In this document: positions 48,701 to 57,231 of the stretch, in pieces
How the letters are laid out: every line of letters starts with the position of its first letter
Numbering within the stretch: position 1 is the first letter of the stretch
Source of the DNA: Acidimicrobiia bacterium
GTDB lineage: Bacteria > Actinomycetota > Acidimicrobiia > Acidimicrobiales > JANYDT01
Assembly (NCBI GenBank): GCA_031368215.1
Contig: JANLRD010000276.1
Span: forward strand, 12,865-76,864
DNA: 64,000 bases
Direction of reading: 5' to 3'
Translations under genes and position numbers: made by a program
Notes under the pieces: model-generated
The model's input: only the letters and a program-made list of their open reading frames with translations
Database searches by the model: none
What the model was told of the DNA's origin: nothing

Positions 48701-51700
48701 CACGTAGTCGATCAACCCGGATTCGAGATAGTTCTGCCGGGCGTCGGAACCGAAGACCCGGATCTCGTAGGTACCCGGCTTGTCCGGCGTGAACGCGACC
48801 GTGGTCGCCGCATCAGCCGTCGACGTGAATTCCTTCGAGCCGATCTCCTTCTCGCGCCATCCACCTTCCCTGACCCGGTCGCCGTTGGACGAAACCCGCT
48901 CCACCGAGACCCAGTCCCACCGGAACAGCTTCGCCGTGCCCTTGACCGCACCGATCACGGCACCCTTCGGCGTGGCCGCAACGATCTCTGCGGTGAGGGC
49001 CTTGCCGGCGCGGGCGAACGAACCGGTCCGACGGACGCCGAAGCTGAACTCACCGGGGTAGACGATGGTCGTGGCCCGGGCGGCGAAGGCCTGCCGGCTG
49101 ACGTCGGAGACCTCCGCCTCGAAGGTGACTTCGAGCGGACGGTGACGTCGGGTTTCGACGGGAAGTGAACCGGTGGCAGTGGTGACACCGCCGGCGCCGA
49201 TCGTCTCCGGGAGCGACGCGTTCGTCAGCTCGTTCGGCGTGTCCGGTGCGCATGTGTTGTTCACGTCGTAGAAGCACTGGTAGTCCCACGAGAACGAGTT
49301 CGGGTCGAGGCCTTTGACCTTCACCGGCGGGGACATGTAGGACGCGTAGATGCCGACGTTCCAGCGGACGGATCCGTCAGCGAGGGGCGCGCCGAAGAGG
49401 TATCGACTGGTCGCCGTGGCACTGAGGTCGTCGCCGCGGATGGCCTGCGCGCCGGCCTTCACGTCGACCACGAAGTCCGGTCGACGGAACGACGTGACGA
49501 GGAACGAGGCGTACGCGCCGGGAACGTTCACGGAGTACACGCCTTGGGATGCCCCGGAGGGAACGGCGAAGGCGAGGTCGAACGATCCCGCCGGCGAGAC
49601 CTTCACCGATCGCCGGACGATGCGTGCACCACGACCGTCCTGCACGGTCAGCGGGAGTTCCACGATCGACTTCGGAAGCGCGCTTAGCTTCTCGAGCTCC
49701 TCCATGCGGAGGACACCCTTCACATGCACGCGGTCGCCGAGGCGGTACACGCCGCGGTCGGTGAACATGGAGCCCTTGAGCGTGGCACCGGGGGTCAGCT
49801 TGGCATCGAGGGCCAGTCGCTCCTTTCGATCGGCGAGCTCTTGGGCCGAGGCCGAGCTCTCGTCGAACTCGTAGGAGTAGTCGTCGCCCCACGTCCGCCA
49901 GCGGGTCTGGGCGTATGCCGTGTCGTCGGTTCCATCGGTCTTTGCTTCGACGATGGCGACGACGTCGCACGAACCGCAGCCGCGGTCAGGATGCGGCGGA
50001 GCGGTGACGACACCGTCGGCGTTCGTCTTGCCCGACCAGTAAGAGGCCTTGCCTTCGGCGAACAGCGAGATGGACGCACCCTTGACCGGTTCGCCCGTGG
50101 ACAGCGAAGTGACCGCGACGACGACGTTCGACCGCGAGGCCTTGAGTGTCACGCCGAGGTCGGTCCGCTGCACCAGCATGACCTGCCATCCGGTGACGCC
50201 GCCGACGTCGCGGTCACGTCGCGAGCCGAGCGTCACGAACGGTGTCCCGTTGCCGTTGTAGCGCGAGCCCGGGACGATCGCTCCCGGGCGCACGGCGACG
50301 AGGAACACTCCACGTTCCTTCTTCGCAGTGGCGTCCTTGGCCGCTCCACCGAGACGAACCGACTGGATACCCGTCTGATCGGCGGCCTTGCCGATCGGAA
50401 TCGCCCGCGGCGTCTCCTTCGCCAGCGACAGTGGCTTCGCCTTCGGCAGACCGGCGTAGGACCGGGCGATCTGGACGATGTCCGCCGGAGCGACGGTGCG
50501 CGAGATCACGTCGAGCGAGGTCACGTTGCGGACCCTCGTTCGAATCGACGAAACCGTGGGCTCGACGACGAGCTCACCGCCCGGCACCTGGGTGAACGTG
50601 GACAGCCGACCGAAGGTGACGAGCCGAACGGCGTCGTAGCCGAGGGTGCCGTCGAGCGTCGGCGTGTCCTTGCCCACCGTGATCTCATACGACCGACCAG
50701 GCTCGAACGTGGCCCAGTTGAGCTGCAACACGTCGCTGCTCGAGAGGTCGTCCGACGCGTCCGCCGGGGTCACATACGTCGTGACCGCATTTGTCTTTGT
50801 GTTACGTACACGTATCATTCCGTCGAGCGCCCGACCGAGCGGACTCACGCCGAGGATGTCCAAGGGCTTGAGCGACTCGGGGTCGCAACCCTTTCGACAG
50901 CCACGGGTCACCAGGAATGGGGTTCGGAGCGTGGCCGGACCGGCGACCGCGCGAGGGAGCGCGGCAAGAGGTCCGGCGTCGGACACGATCCCGGAACCGA
51001 GCACCGCCCAGATGCGGGCATCTGCCGGCGGATTCTTCTCGAGCGAGACCACCGTGCAGACCCCGGACTGCGGGTCATCGACGTTGCACCGCTCGTCGCG
51101 CAGGAACGACACCTTCGACGCCACCGTTGTGCGCGTGGCGGTGGCGGCGAGGCGGTCCTCGAACGCCTGCGTGCCGGCAGGGTCCTTGGCCCGCATCACC
51201 GCGAGTTCGTCGACGGTGGGACGGTACCGATCCATGCTCACCTTGACGGGCCGGAACTCCATCGTCGTGTTTGCTGCCAGCACCTCGCCTCGGACGTTCG
51301 GAACGCACGTCAGCCGGAGCGTGCGCAGTCCAACGTCGGCTGTCTGAACGCCTTCCGCACCGGAGAAGGAACACTGTGGACGCGGCGTCTCGAATGTGGT
51401 GGTCGAGGGAGTCGCCAGCGTCGTGCCGTCGAGGGCCTTCAATCCGCTCACGGTGACGGTGAAGGCCGTGGCGAGTGGGAGCGCGCGTTTCGGCTCGAAC
51501 AGCAGCGTGCGGGTGGACGCCCATCGAAAGGCCCCGACGACCGGCGGGGTGATCTTCACGAATGGCGATGGATCGAGCTGTCCGCCGATGTCGCCGAGCG
51601 CCGCCACGGGCCGGTCGAACAGCCAGCGCAGGACCGTCCGATCGGCTGTGCGCAGACGGCCGGTCGGGGTCGCCAGCGCCACGCGAAGCGCTGCATCAGC

Positions 51701-51913
51701 CTTCGGTACCTGCAGTTTGGCGTACGACCCACCGATCGTTCCGGCCGCGGACGAGCCGGTGGAGCTCGCCGCATGGGCGACCGGCGGAAGGGCGCCGGCC
51801 GCCAGGAACACGGCAAGCACGGCCATGGCAGCTGGCCCGCGGCGGCGCTTCCCGGATTTTTCGGCGGTCGAGCCGAGTACGCGGGTGGTCTGGTCACTGC
51901 GATCCTGCGTCAT
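45779..51913 (-). CDS. bacterial alpha-2-macroglobulin family protein with an intact thioester motif
   Basis: 2044 aa from ATG 51913 (AAGGA SD). The signal peptide ends PPVAHA. The thioester motif YPYGCLEQ has its CLEQ codons at 47291..47302. It lies directly upstream of pbpC, as in yfhM-pbpC operons. Confidence 0.9.
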   Translation of the reverse strand: MTQDRSDQTTRVLGSTAEKSGKRRRGPAAMAVLAVFLAAGALPPVAHAASSTGSSAAGTIGGSYAKLQVPKADAALRVALATPTGRLRTADRTVLRWLFDRPVAALGDIGGQLDPSPFVKITPPVVGAFRWASTRTLLFEPKRALPLATAFTVTVSGLKALDGTTLATPSTTTFETPRPQCSFSGAEGVQTADVGLRTLRLTCVPNVRGEVLAANTTMEFRPVKVSMDRYRPTVDELAVMRAKDPAGTQAFEDRLAATATRTTVASKVSFLRDERCNVDDPQSGVCTVVSLEKNPPADARIWAVLGSGIVSDAGPLAALPRAVAGPATLRTPFLVTRGCRKGCDPESLKPLDILGVSPLGRALDGMIRVRNTKTNAVTTYVTPADASDDLSSSDVLQLNWATFEPGRSYEITVGKDTPTLDGTLGYDAVRLVTFGRLSTFTQVPGGELVVEPTVSSIRTRVRNVTSLDVISRTVAPADIVQIARSYAGLPKAKPLSLAKETPRAIPIGKAADQTGIQSVRLGGAAKDATAKKERGVFLVAVRPGAIVPGSRYNGNGTPFVTLGSRRDRDVGGVTGWQVMLVQRTDLGVTLKASRSNVVVAVTSLSTGEPVKGASISLFAEGKASYWSGKTNADGVVTAPPHPDRGCGSCDVVAIVEAKTDGTDDTAYAQTRWRTWGDDYSYEFDESSASAQELADRKERLALDAKLTPGATLKGSMFTDRGVYRLGDRVHVKGVLRMEELEKLSALPKSIVELPLTVQDGRGARIVRRSVKVSPAGSFDLAFAVPSGASQGVYSVNVPGAYASFLVTSFRRPDFVVDVKAGAQAIRGDDLSATATSRYLFGAPLADGSVRWNVGIYASYMSPPVKVKGLDPNSFSWDYQCFYDVNNTCAPDTPNELTNASLPETIGAGGVTTATGSLPVETRRHRPLEVTFEAEVSDVSRQAFAARATTIVYPGEFSFGVRRTGSFARAGKALTAEIVAATPKGAVIGAVKGTAKLFRWDWVSVERVSSNGDRVREGGWREKEIGSKEFTSTADAATTVAFTPDKPGTYEIRVFGSDARQNYLESGLIDYVIGAGEVAWEENSDSPTVELVADKQTYAAGDTAKILIKSPWTKASGLLTLERNGVVEARRFEVTSSAAVIDVPIAAEFTPNVYASVTLTKGRTEPMASTNGDRGRPAVLTGSVNLPVPPTAQKLKVAVSADRKEYLPGAEGTATVKVVGADGKPASGEVTLWAVDEGVLRLTNYQTPDLLSAFYEQRNLDVSTSDSRMRLVKVGADEFADAAKGDAAPAFSPEPGGGGGEDDTGNGVRTDFRILAAWSASVKVGDNGEATVALKLPESLTAYRVIAVATSGADRFGSDDSELRISTPFQVRPALPRFVSIGDRFEAGAVVQNLSGTTGPATVTLDLPADSPLTLDGPKSITLPALGSSPTEVRFTLRATKLGDAALTLRGTFGDGSSPGTKDAAAASIPVLLTQRFDTVATSGQVKATAAGAVGPVETVKVPAGAIAGVGGLTLRVSSSNLAGLQESVESLVDYPYGCLEQRSSRLKVILALSSLEGRYELPGLAPAALKTRVQAELNNLTQYWADDGGLSYWPGGTVSDTFLTAKVLDLLLEARAAKFRTPPGMIAQLRDHLSGQVRDLTTGDGQEGAGDITTARATVAAVLARAGRPERGLVTTLANELAADDSVPYTEQVALLDAMLAAGDTGTVPERLFRDLLASVRLDGDEASVEAPEDWYGSWFSYRGSGSVVATADLLSLLTKVDPYHPLIAPMSRWLLNKRTNGTWGDTYSNGAVLRSFTDIARFSEKVKPSIDALVKAGAVALTEKLGPTSLDVVSTQFPLRDLGAASFPLAAAAKGQGTLHWSAQLRYALPAETLKARNQGFSVERSYFPYNGVKSIFGRPATTFAAGDLVTVELIVTTPDRRSNVVVDDALPAGFEALDAKLVSTATGSTEGSGDTGSTPTVDSTDGVSTAESAGVDHTEVRDDRVLLFATQLEPGTFRYTYTARATAPGRFVAAPTHAEEMYRTSVYGRSAPTVVTVTAPKR

Positions 51914-52147
51914 AGCCGTCCTTGTCGTGGCCCGTTCGTCGACGGGACCGGGTCCCACGTTCACGTGTGGTTTCCGGTCCCCTACGCCCACGGGGTGTGT
52001 TCTAGCCGTTCAACCGGCTCGGTTGTAGGACGCCGCCCGGCGGGAATCCGGTTCCCGGTTCTTCGACTCGGCTTCCCTCGGCGTTCGGTCGCCACACTGA
52101 GCGAGAAAGTCCTTAGGTGTTCTTCCCCGGATGCCGATACTTCGTCC

Positions 52148-54544
52148 GTGTCATCTCCCGACGGCCGCTTCCGACTGGTCACCGAACGGCTGCAGGCCCG
52201 GAGCCGGCGGAACCTGACATCGCTGGTCGGCATCGTGATGCTGGTGGGCGGCATCGCCAACGGAGCACTTCTCGAACGTCCGAAGGCCATCGACAACCTC
52301 GATCGGGTCCTCGCCGCCGAGGTCGACACCGCAGCGCAGCAGCTCGATTCGTTCTACACCGGAATCTCGATTGCTCTGCGCGCCACCGCCCGGCAGGCGG
52401 ACCTCGCCGGGGCGCTGCGCCCCTCGACCGGCGCAGCCCTCACGGCGGCGCAGTCGGCCGCTCGACTGCGCCGGGTCGAAGAGAGCCTGGACTATCTGCA
52501 GAGCATCTCATCGTTGCGCCTCGTCTCGCTCACGGTGTTCGCCCCTGACGGAACGGCGATGATGACGACGGGCAACTCCTCGGTCACCGGTGCGGCCATC
52601 ACGGCACCCTCCGCAGCAGCGGACGTCGCAGGTGCACCGGGAACCCCCCTCCACATCAGCGCGGCGTTCTGGGGAGCGCCCGGCACGATCACGATCTCCA
52701 AGCCGCTCGGCATCGGGACGGCCGAACCGGTGATCGCCGTCGCCACTCCCGTGATTGCCGAGGGCGGCCGCAAGGTCGGCGTCCTCGAAGCCCGCACCCG
52801 CCTGGACGGACTGCGTCGGAGCCTCGGCGGACGTGTGTATCCCACACTGCTGATCAACGCCGCGACGGGAGCCACCGAGATCGACTCGAGGTCCGCGGCG
52901 AACGAGACCATGCGACGTGAGCCCGCTCCTGACGCCGACTCCTTCGTCCTGCGTGTTCCCGCAGCAGCGGTGCGCGGCTCGCTCGACGTCGACGCGCGCC
53001 GCACCTCCTGGATCCGGGCGAACACCATCGGCAACGAGAACGACTGGGTCGTCGCGGTCAAGAATCGCAACGAGAACTCCCTCCTCGACGGACTCGGACC
53101 GTCGACCTTCGGCCCGCTGTTCACTGGGTTGTTCCTCCTCGTCATGGCGCGGTCCTCGGCGCGCAGCGAACGCGGCCGCCTTGAACAGGCGCTGACCGAC
53201 GAGCTCACCGGCCTCCCCAGCCGCCGACTCCTCAAGGACCGCCTCGAGCAGGCCGTGCTCCACGCCAAGCGAAGCGCCCCGGGCGCTGAGGTGGCCCTCA
53301 TGGTGCTCGACCTCGATCGTTTCAAGGAAGTGAACGACGCCCTGGGCCACTCGAACGGCGACCGGCTCCTCGTGGAGATCGCTCGGCGGCTGCGTGGCGT
53401 GCTTCGGGAGAACGACACCATCGCCCGACTCGGCGGTGATGAGTTCGCCGTCGTGATCAGCACGTCGAGTCCGTCCGGCGATGTCGAGGTGGCCGAGAAG
53501 CTGCTCGCCGCGTTCAGTCAACCGGTCTCGATCGACGGACTCCTCATCACCGTCGGAGCGAGCATCGGCATCGCCCGCTTCCCCGCCGACGGAGAAGATC
53601 CCGAGCGGCTGCTGCGCAGCGCCGACGTGGCCATGTACAACTCGAAGCGAAACCGGTTGCCGTGGGTTCGCTACGCCGTCGAGAACGACCCCAGCGACCC
53701 TGCCCGTCTCGAGCTGCTCTCCGATCTGCGGTTGGCCATCGGGACGCCGCAGCTCGAACTTCACTACCAGCCCAAGGTGAACCTAGCGACCGACGAGGTC
53801 ATGGGTGTCGAAGCGCTGCTGCGGTGGACCCATCCGACGAAGGGCCCCATCCGACCGGACACTTTCATCAGCATCGCTGAGCAGACCGGAGTCATCGCGC
53901 CTCTCACCGACGACGTGCTGCGCAAGGCGGCGCGTCAGCTCCGCATCTGGATGCAGGAGGGCCGGCAGCTGTCCGTCTCGGTCAACATCTCGGCCGCGAA
54001 CCTCACCGAGGGCGAGTTCGTCGAGCGGGTCCGACGCATCGTCACCGAAGAAGACGCGCCAGCCGAGTACATCACACTCGAACTCACCGAGAGTGCGGTC
54101 ATGAGCGATCATCGACGCGGCTTGGAGGTGCTCAACGAACTCGCTTCGATCGGCTTCCGCCTGTCGATCGACGACTTCGGCACCGGCTACTCGTCGCTGT
54201 CGTACCTCCAGCGCCTGCCGGTGGACGAGCTCAAGATCGACCGCTCCTTCGTCAAGACGCTCACCGATGACCAGGTCAACCGGTCGATCGTGCGATCGAC
54301 GGTGGACCTCGGCCACAACCTCGGCCTCTCGGTGGTCGCCGAAGGTGTCGAGGACGGCGAGACGCTCAGCGCGCTCGCCGAGCTCGGCTGCGATGCTGCA
54401 CAGGGCTACTTCATCGCCCGACCGATGTCGGCATCGGCCTTCCTCGACTGGCTCGAGGCCCGGCCCTCCGAGGCCGTCCCGGTCGGCGACATCTTGCCGG
54501 CCACTCCCGCGGCCATGCTGACCATCGAGCTTCCCCCCAACTGA
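52148..54544 (+). CDS. membrane sensor GGDEF-EAL protein (diguanylate cyclase/phosphodiesterase)
   Basis: GTG 52148 was chosen because GC3 rises sharply there. The protein has a TM, an extracytoplasmic domain and a second TM. GGDEF motif RLGGDEF; EAL motifs EALLRW, DDFGTGYSS, KIDRSF. Confidence 0.88.
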   Translation: MSSPDGRFRLVTERLQARSRRNLTSLVGIVMLVGGIANGALLERPKAIDNLDRVLAAEVDTAAQQLDSFYTGISIALRATARQADLAGALRPSTGAALTAAQSAARLRRVEESLDYLQSISSLRLVSLTVFAPDGTAMMTTGNSSVTGAAITAPSAAADVAGAPGTPLHISAAFWGAPGTITISKPLGIGTAEPVIAVATPVIAEGGRKVGVLEARTRLDGLRRSLGGRVYPTLLINAATGATEIDSRSAANETMRREPAPDADSFVLRVPAAAVRGSLDVDARRTSWIRANTIGNENDWVVAVKNRNENSLLDGLGPSTFGPLFTGLFLLVMARSSARSERGRLEQALTDELTGLPSRRLLKDRLEQAVLHAKRSAPGAEVALMVLDLDRFKEVNDALGHSNGDRLLVEIARRLRGVLRENDTIARLGGDEFAVVISTSSPSGDVEVAEKLLAAFSQPVSIDGLLITVGASIGIARFPADGEDPERLLRSADVAMYNSKRNRLPWVRYAVENDPSDPARLELLSDLRLAIGTPQLELHYQPKVNLATDEVMGVEALLRWTHPTKGPIRPDTFISIAEQTGVIAPLTDDVLRKAARQLRIWMQEGRQLSVSVNISAANLTEGEFVERVRRIVTEEDAPAEYITLELTESAVMSDHRRGLEVLNELASIGFRLSIDDFGTGYSSLSYLQRLPVDELKIDRSFVKTLTDDQVNRSIVRSTVDLGHNLGLSVVAEGVEDGETLSALAELGCDAAQGYFIARPMSASAFLDWLEARPSEAVPVGDILPATPAAMLTIELPPN

Positions 54545-54580
54545 GCAGACAGTTGACGGCGCCAGATTCGCCCCTCGGCG

Positions 54581-55153
54581 CTACACGGCATCGTTGGAGC
54601 GCCTCGCCTGTTCGACGGCCCTGATGATCTGAGCGACAACCACCTGCGTCGGACGGTCATCCACATCCACGATGATGCCGGCGGCATCGGCATAGAGCGG
54701 GAAACGTTCGGTGATCAGACGCCGGAGCACTCCTTCGGGATCGCCCGCCAGCACCGGCCGTCCGGCTCCCGTCCCGACGCGGGTGACCAGGGTTTCCAGC
54801 GACGCACGGAGCCACACCACGTCCGACCACGAGCGGAGCAGCAACCGGTTGTGCTCGGCGATCACCGCCCCGCCGCCGAGCGACAGGACAGCCGGAGTCT
54901 GCGTGGCCAGGCAGTCGGAGATCACCTCGGACTCCTTCGCCCGGAACCACGCCTCGCCGTGGGTCGAGAAGATCTGCGCGATCGGCATGCCGACGGAAGC
55001 GACGATCTCGGCGTCGGTGTCGAGCAACGGGCGGCGGATTCGCCGCGCCAGCGCGTGACCGACCGTTGACTTCCCCGATCCCATCATGCCGACGAGCGAG
55101 ATGTGGCGAGGCGAGGCCGGCTGAACGGGCCTTCGTCGTGAGGCGGACCGCAA
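54581..55153 (-). CDS. aroK: shikimate kinase
   Basis: 190 aa. Walker A GMMGSGKSTVG and DTD. Confidence 0.92.
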   Translation of the reverse strand: MRSASRRRPVQPASPRHISLVGMMGSGKSTVGHALARRIRRPLLDTDAEIVASVGMPIAQIFSTHGEAWFRAKESEVISDCLATQTPAVLSLGGGAVIAEHNRLLLRSWSDVVWLRASLETLVTRVGTGAGRPVLAGDPEGVLRRLITERFPLYADAAGIIVDVDDRPTQVVVAQIIRAVEQARRSNDAV

Positions 55154-55165
55154 TGTCGTGGGCGC

Positions 55166-56329
55166 TTACTGCTTCGCCGCGAGGTACTCGACGTAGGACC
55201 GGTGGTTCCGGACGAACTCCGCCACGGTGTCGCCACCGAACTTCCGTTGGGCCTCGGAGGCCAGGACCAATGCGACCATCGTTTCGCCAACGACACCGAG
55301 TGCAGGGACCGCGGTCACGTCGGTGCGCTCCTTGAAGCTCACCGTGGCCTCTTTGGTCGCCGTGTCGACCGTCGCCAGGGTCGGCCTGTTCAAGGTGGCG
55401 AGCGGCTTCATCGCTGCACGCGCGACGAGCAACTCGCCGGTGGTCATGCCGCCTTCGGTGCCCCCGGCGAACGTGGACTCGCGCCGGTAGGTCGACGTGG
55501 TCGCGTCCCACACGATCGGGTCATGCGCTGCGCTTCCGCGGCGACCGGCCACCTCGAAGCCATCGCCGATCTCGACGCCCTTGACCGCCTGGATCGAGGC
55601 CAGCGCCTGGGCGAGGAGACCATCGATCTTGCGGTCCCAGTGCACATGACTCCCGAGCCCGACGGGCACGTTGTACGCCAGCACCTCGATGATGCCGCCG
55701 AGTGAGTCGCCATCCTTTGCGCACGCCTTGATCTCTTCGATCATCAACGCCTCGGCGGCTGCATCGAAGCACCGAACGGGCGACTCGTCGACCCGGGAGA
55801 GATCCGACGGACTCGGACGTCGCTCCGACGTGCTCCGCGCCTGACCCATCTGGATCACGTGGGAGAGCACGTCGACCCCGATCGACGCGAGAAGGGCCTT
55901 CGCCAACGAACCGGCAGCACACCGGGCCGCTGTCTCCCGTGCGCTCGCTCGTTCGAGCACGTTGCGGGCGTCGTCGAAGTCGTACTTCTGCATGCCCGTG
56001 AGGTCGGCATGACCGGGACGGGGCTGGGTGAGCGGTTTCGTGGTGGCCCCCGGTCCGGCACTCATCTCCTCCTGCCACTTCGGCCATTCCGTGTTCGCGA
56101 TCATCACGCTCACCGGCGATCCGAGCGTCCGCCCATGGCGGACACCGCCCAAAAGCGTGACCTCGTCCTGCTCGAAGCGCATCCGCGGCCCACGGCCGTA
56201 GCCGAGTCGACGTCGGCCGAGCTCGGCCGCGATCTCCTCGGTGGTGATGGCAAGACCAGCCGGCAGGCCCTCCACGATCACGGTCAGGGCCTGCCCGTGG
56301 GACTCACCGGCGGTCAGATAACGAAGCAC
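55166..56329 (-). CDS. aroC: chorismate synthase
   Basis: 387 aa. N-terminal LRYLTAGESHG, then GRSSARETA-like RASARETAAR. Confidence 0.96.
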   Translation of the reverse strand: MLRYLTAGESHGQALTVIVEGLPAGLAITTEEIAAELGRRRLGYGRGPRMRFEQDEVTLLGGVRHGRTLGSPVSVMIANTEWPKWQEEMSAGPGATTKPLTQPRPGHADLTGMQKYDFDDARNVLERASARETAARCAAGSLAKALLASIGVDVLSHVIQMGQARSTSERRPSPSDLSRVDESPVRCFDAAAEALMIEEIKACAKDGDSLGGIIEVLAYNVPVGLGSHVHWDRKIDGLLAQALASIQAVKGVEIGDGFEVAGRRGSAAHDPIVWDATTSTYRRESTFAGGTEGGMTTGELLVARAAMKPLATLNRPTLATVDTATKEATVSFKERTDVTAVPALGVVGETMVALVLASEAQRKFGGDTVAEFVRNHRSYVEYLAAKQ

Positions 56330-56375
56330 CCCGAGAGTCTACGAGCCCCCGGTCGCGCGCTGGGAGAGGCGCCGA

Positions 56376-57164
56376 TCAGCCGACCAGGCCCGGCCACAGC
56401 GACAACAACAGGGCCCCGGCACACAGGTAGGGCCCGAACGCGATTTGGATCTTCAAGCCGTCGCGCACCTTCGTCCGAGTCGACAGTCGCTTGGCGATGA
56501 CCAGCGCGATGCCGAAGACCGATCCGAACATGAATCCGGCAAGGAGGCCGACGTAGATCTGCGGCCAGCCGTGCCAGCCGAGGAGGAGGCCAACGAGCAA
56601 GCTCAAACGGGCGTCGCCCTGGCCCATTCCCGCCGGGACGAACAGCACGAGCATCCAGAGGAACCCGCTCGCCAGCAGCCCACCGAGCCCGGCACGAACG
56701 AACGACGACATCGTGTCGTCGGCGACCGCGGCGACAAGAAGCGCGGCGGCGGCGACAGCGGCCGCCGGGTACACGAGCTTCGTCGGGATCTTGTGCAGCC
56801 GGTAGTCGATGATCACGACACAGACGGCGACGAAGCCCAGCACCAGGTGGGCGGCAAGGGGCCAGGTCCAACCGACCCGCCAACCGATCAACGCCGACAG
56901 GGCGATCGTGAGCGCTTCGCTCACCGGCTGGTGCAGGGGAATCGAGGCCCCGCACGAACGGCACCTGCCGCGACGCGTCAGGAACGACACCACCGGGACG
57001 GTGTCGGCAATGCGCAGCCGCACGGCGCACGCGTCGCACCGGAAAGGAAGCGTGAGTCGCTCGGTGGCGTCGAGCAGCGGCGGGCGGGCGACGATCATCG
57101 ACGCGAACGGGGCCAAGAGGACGCCCGCGAGAACACCCGCACCAATTCCCCACACCGCGGACAC
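56376..57164 (-). CDS. prepilin peptidase (A24 family)
   Basis: Cys pairs FRCDAC...CRSCG followed by a multi-TM A24 core. The start is tentatively GTG 57164, because the aroE stop is at 57232. Confidence 0.8.
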   Translation of the reverse strand: MSAVWGIGAGVLAGVLLAPFASMIVARPPLLDATERLTLPFRCDACAVRLRIADTVPVVSFLTRRGRCRSCGASIPLHQPVSEALTIALSALIGWRVGWTWPLAAHLVLGFVAVCVVIIDYRLHKIPTKLVYPAAAVAAAALLVAAVADDTMSSFVRAGLGGLLASGFLWMLVLFVPAGMGQGDARLSLLVGLLLGWHGWPQIYVGLLAGFMFGSVFGIALVIAKRLSTRTKVRDGLKIQIAFGPYLCAGALLLSLWPGLVG

Positions 57165-57231
57165 GGGTTCCGAGGCTACCCGTTGGCGGCGGCGAGCCCG
57201 CGGTGGCGGACCCTCACAACGCAGCGGGCCA

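Noticed and set aside
49724-52147. The first 2.4 kb of the 1606-aa plus-strand ORF, and similar very long shadow ORFs: 7292..9301(-), 13674..15395(+), 35910..37280(+), 40687..42795(+), 45392..47284(+), 25791..27083(-), 32485..33993(+).
   Set aside because: They lie antisense or out of frame to genes with clear family motifs. Their translations are Arg/Gly/Pro-rich low-complexity sequence. This is the typical stop-codon-poor shadow-frame artefact of high-GC DNA.
56376-57164. A prepilin peptidase embedded in the aro operon as an anomaly.
   Set aside because: To my recollection, an A24 peptidase between aroE and aroC is a conserved actinobacterial arrangement. No pilin or secretion genes accompany it here.
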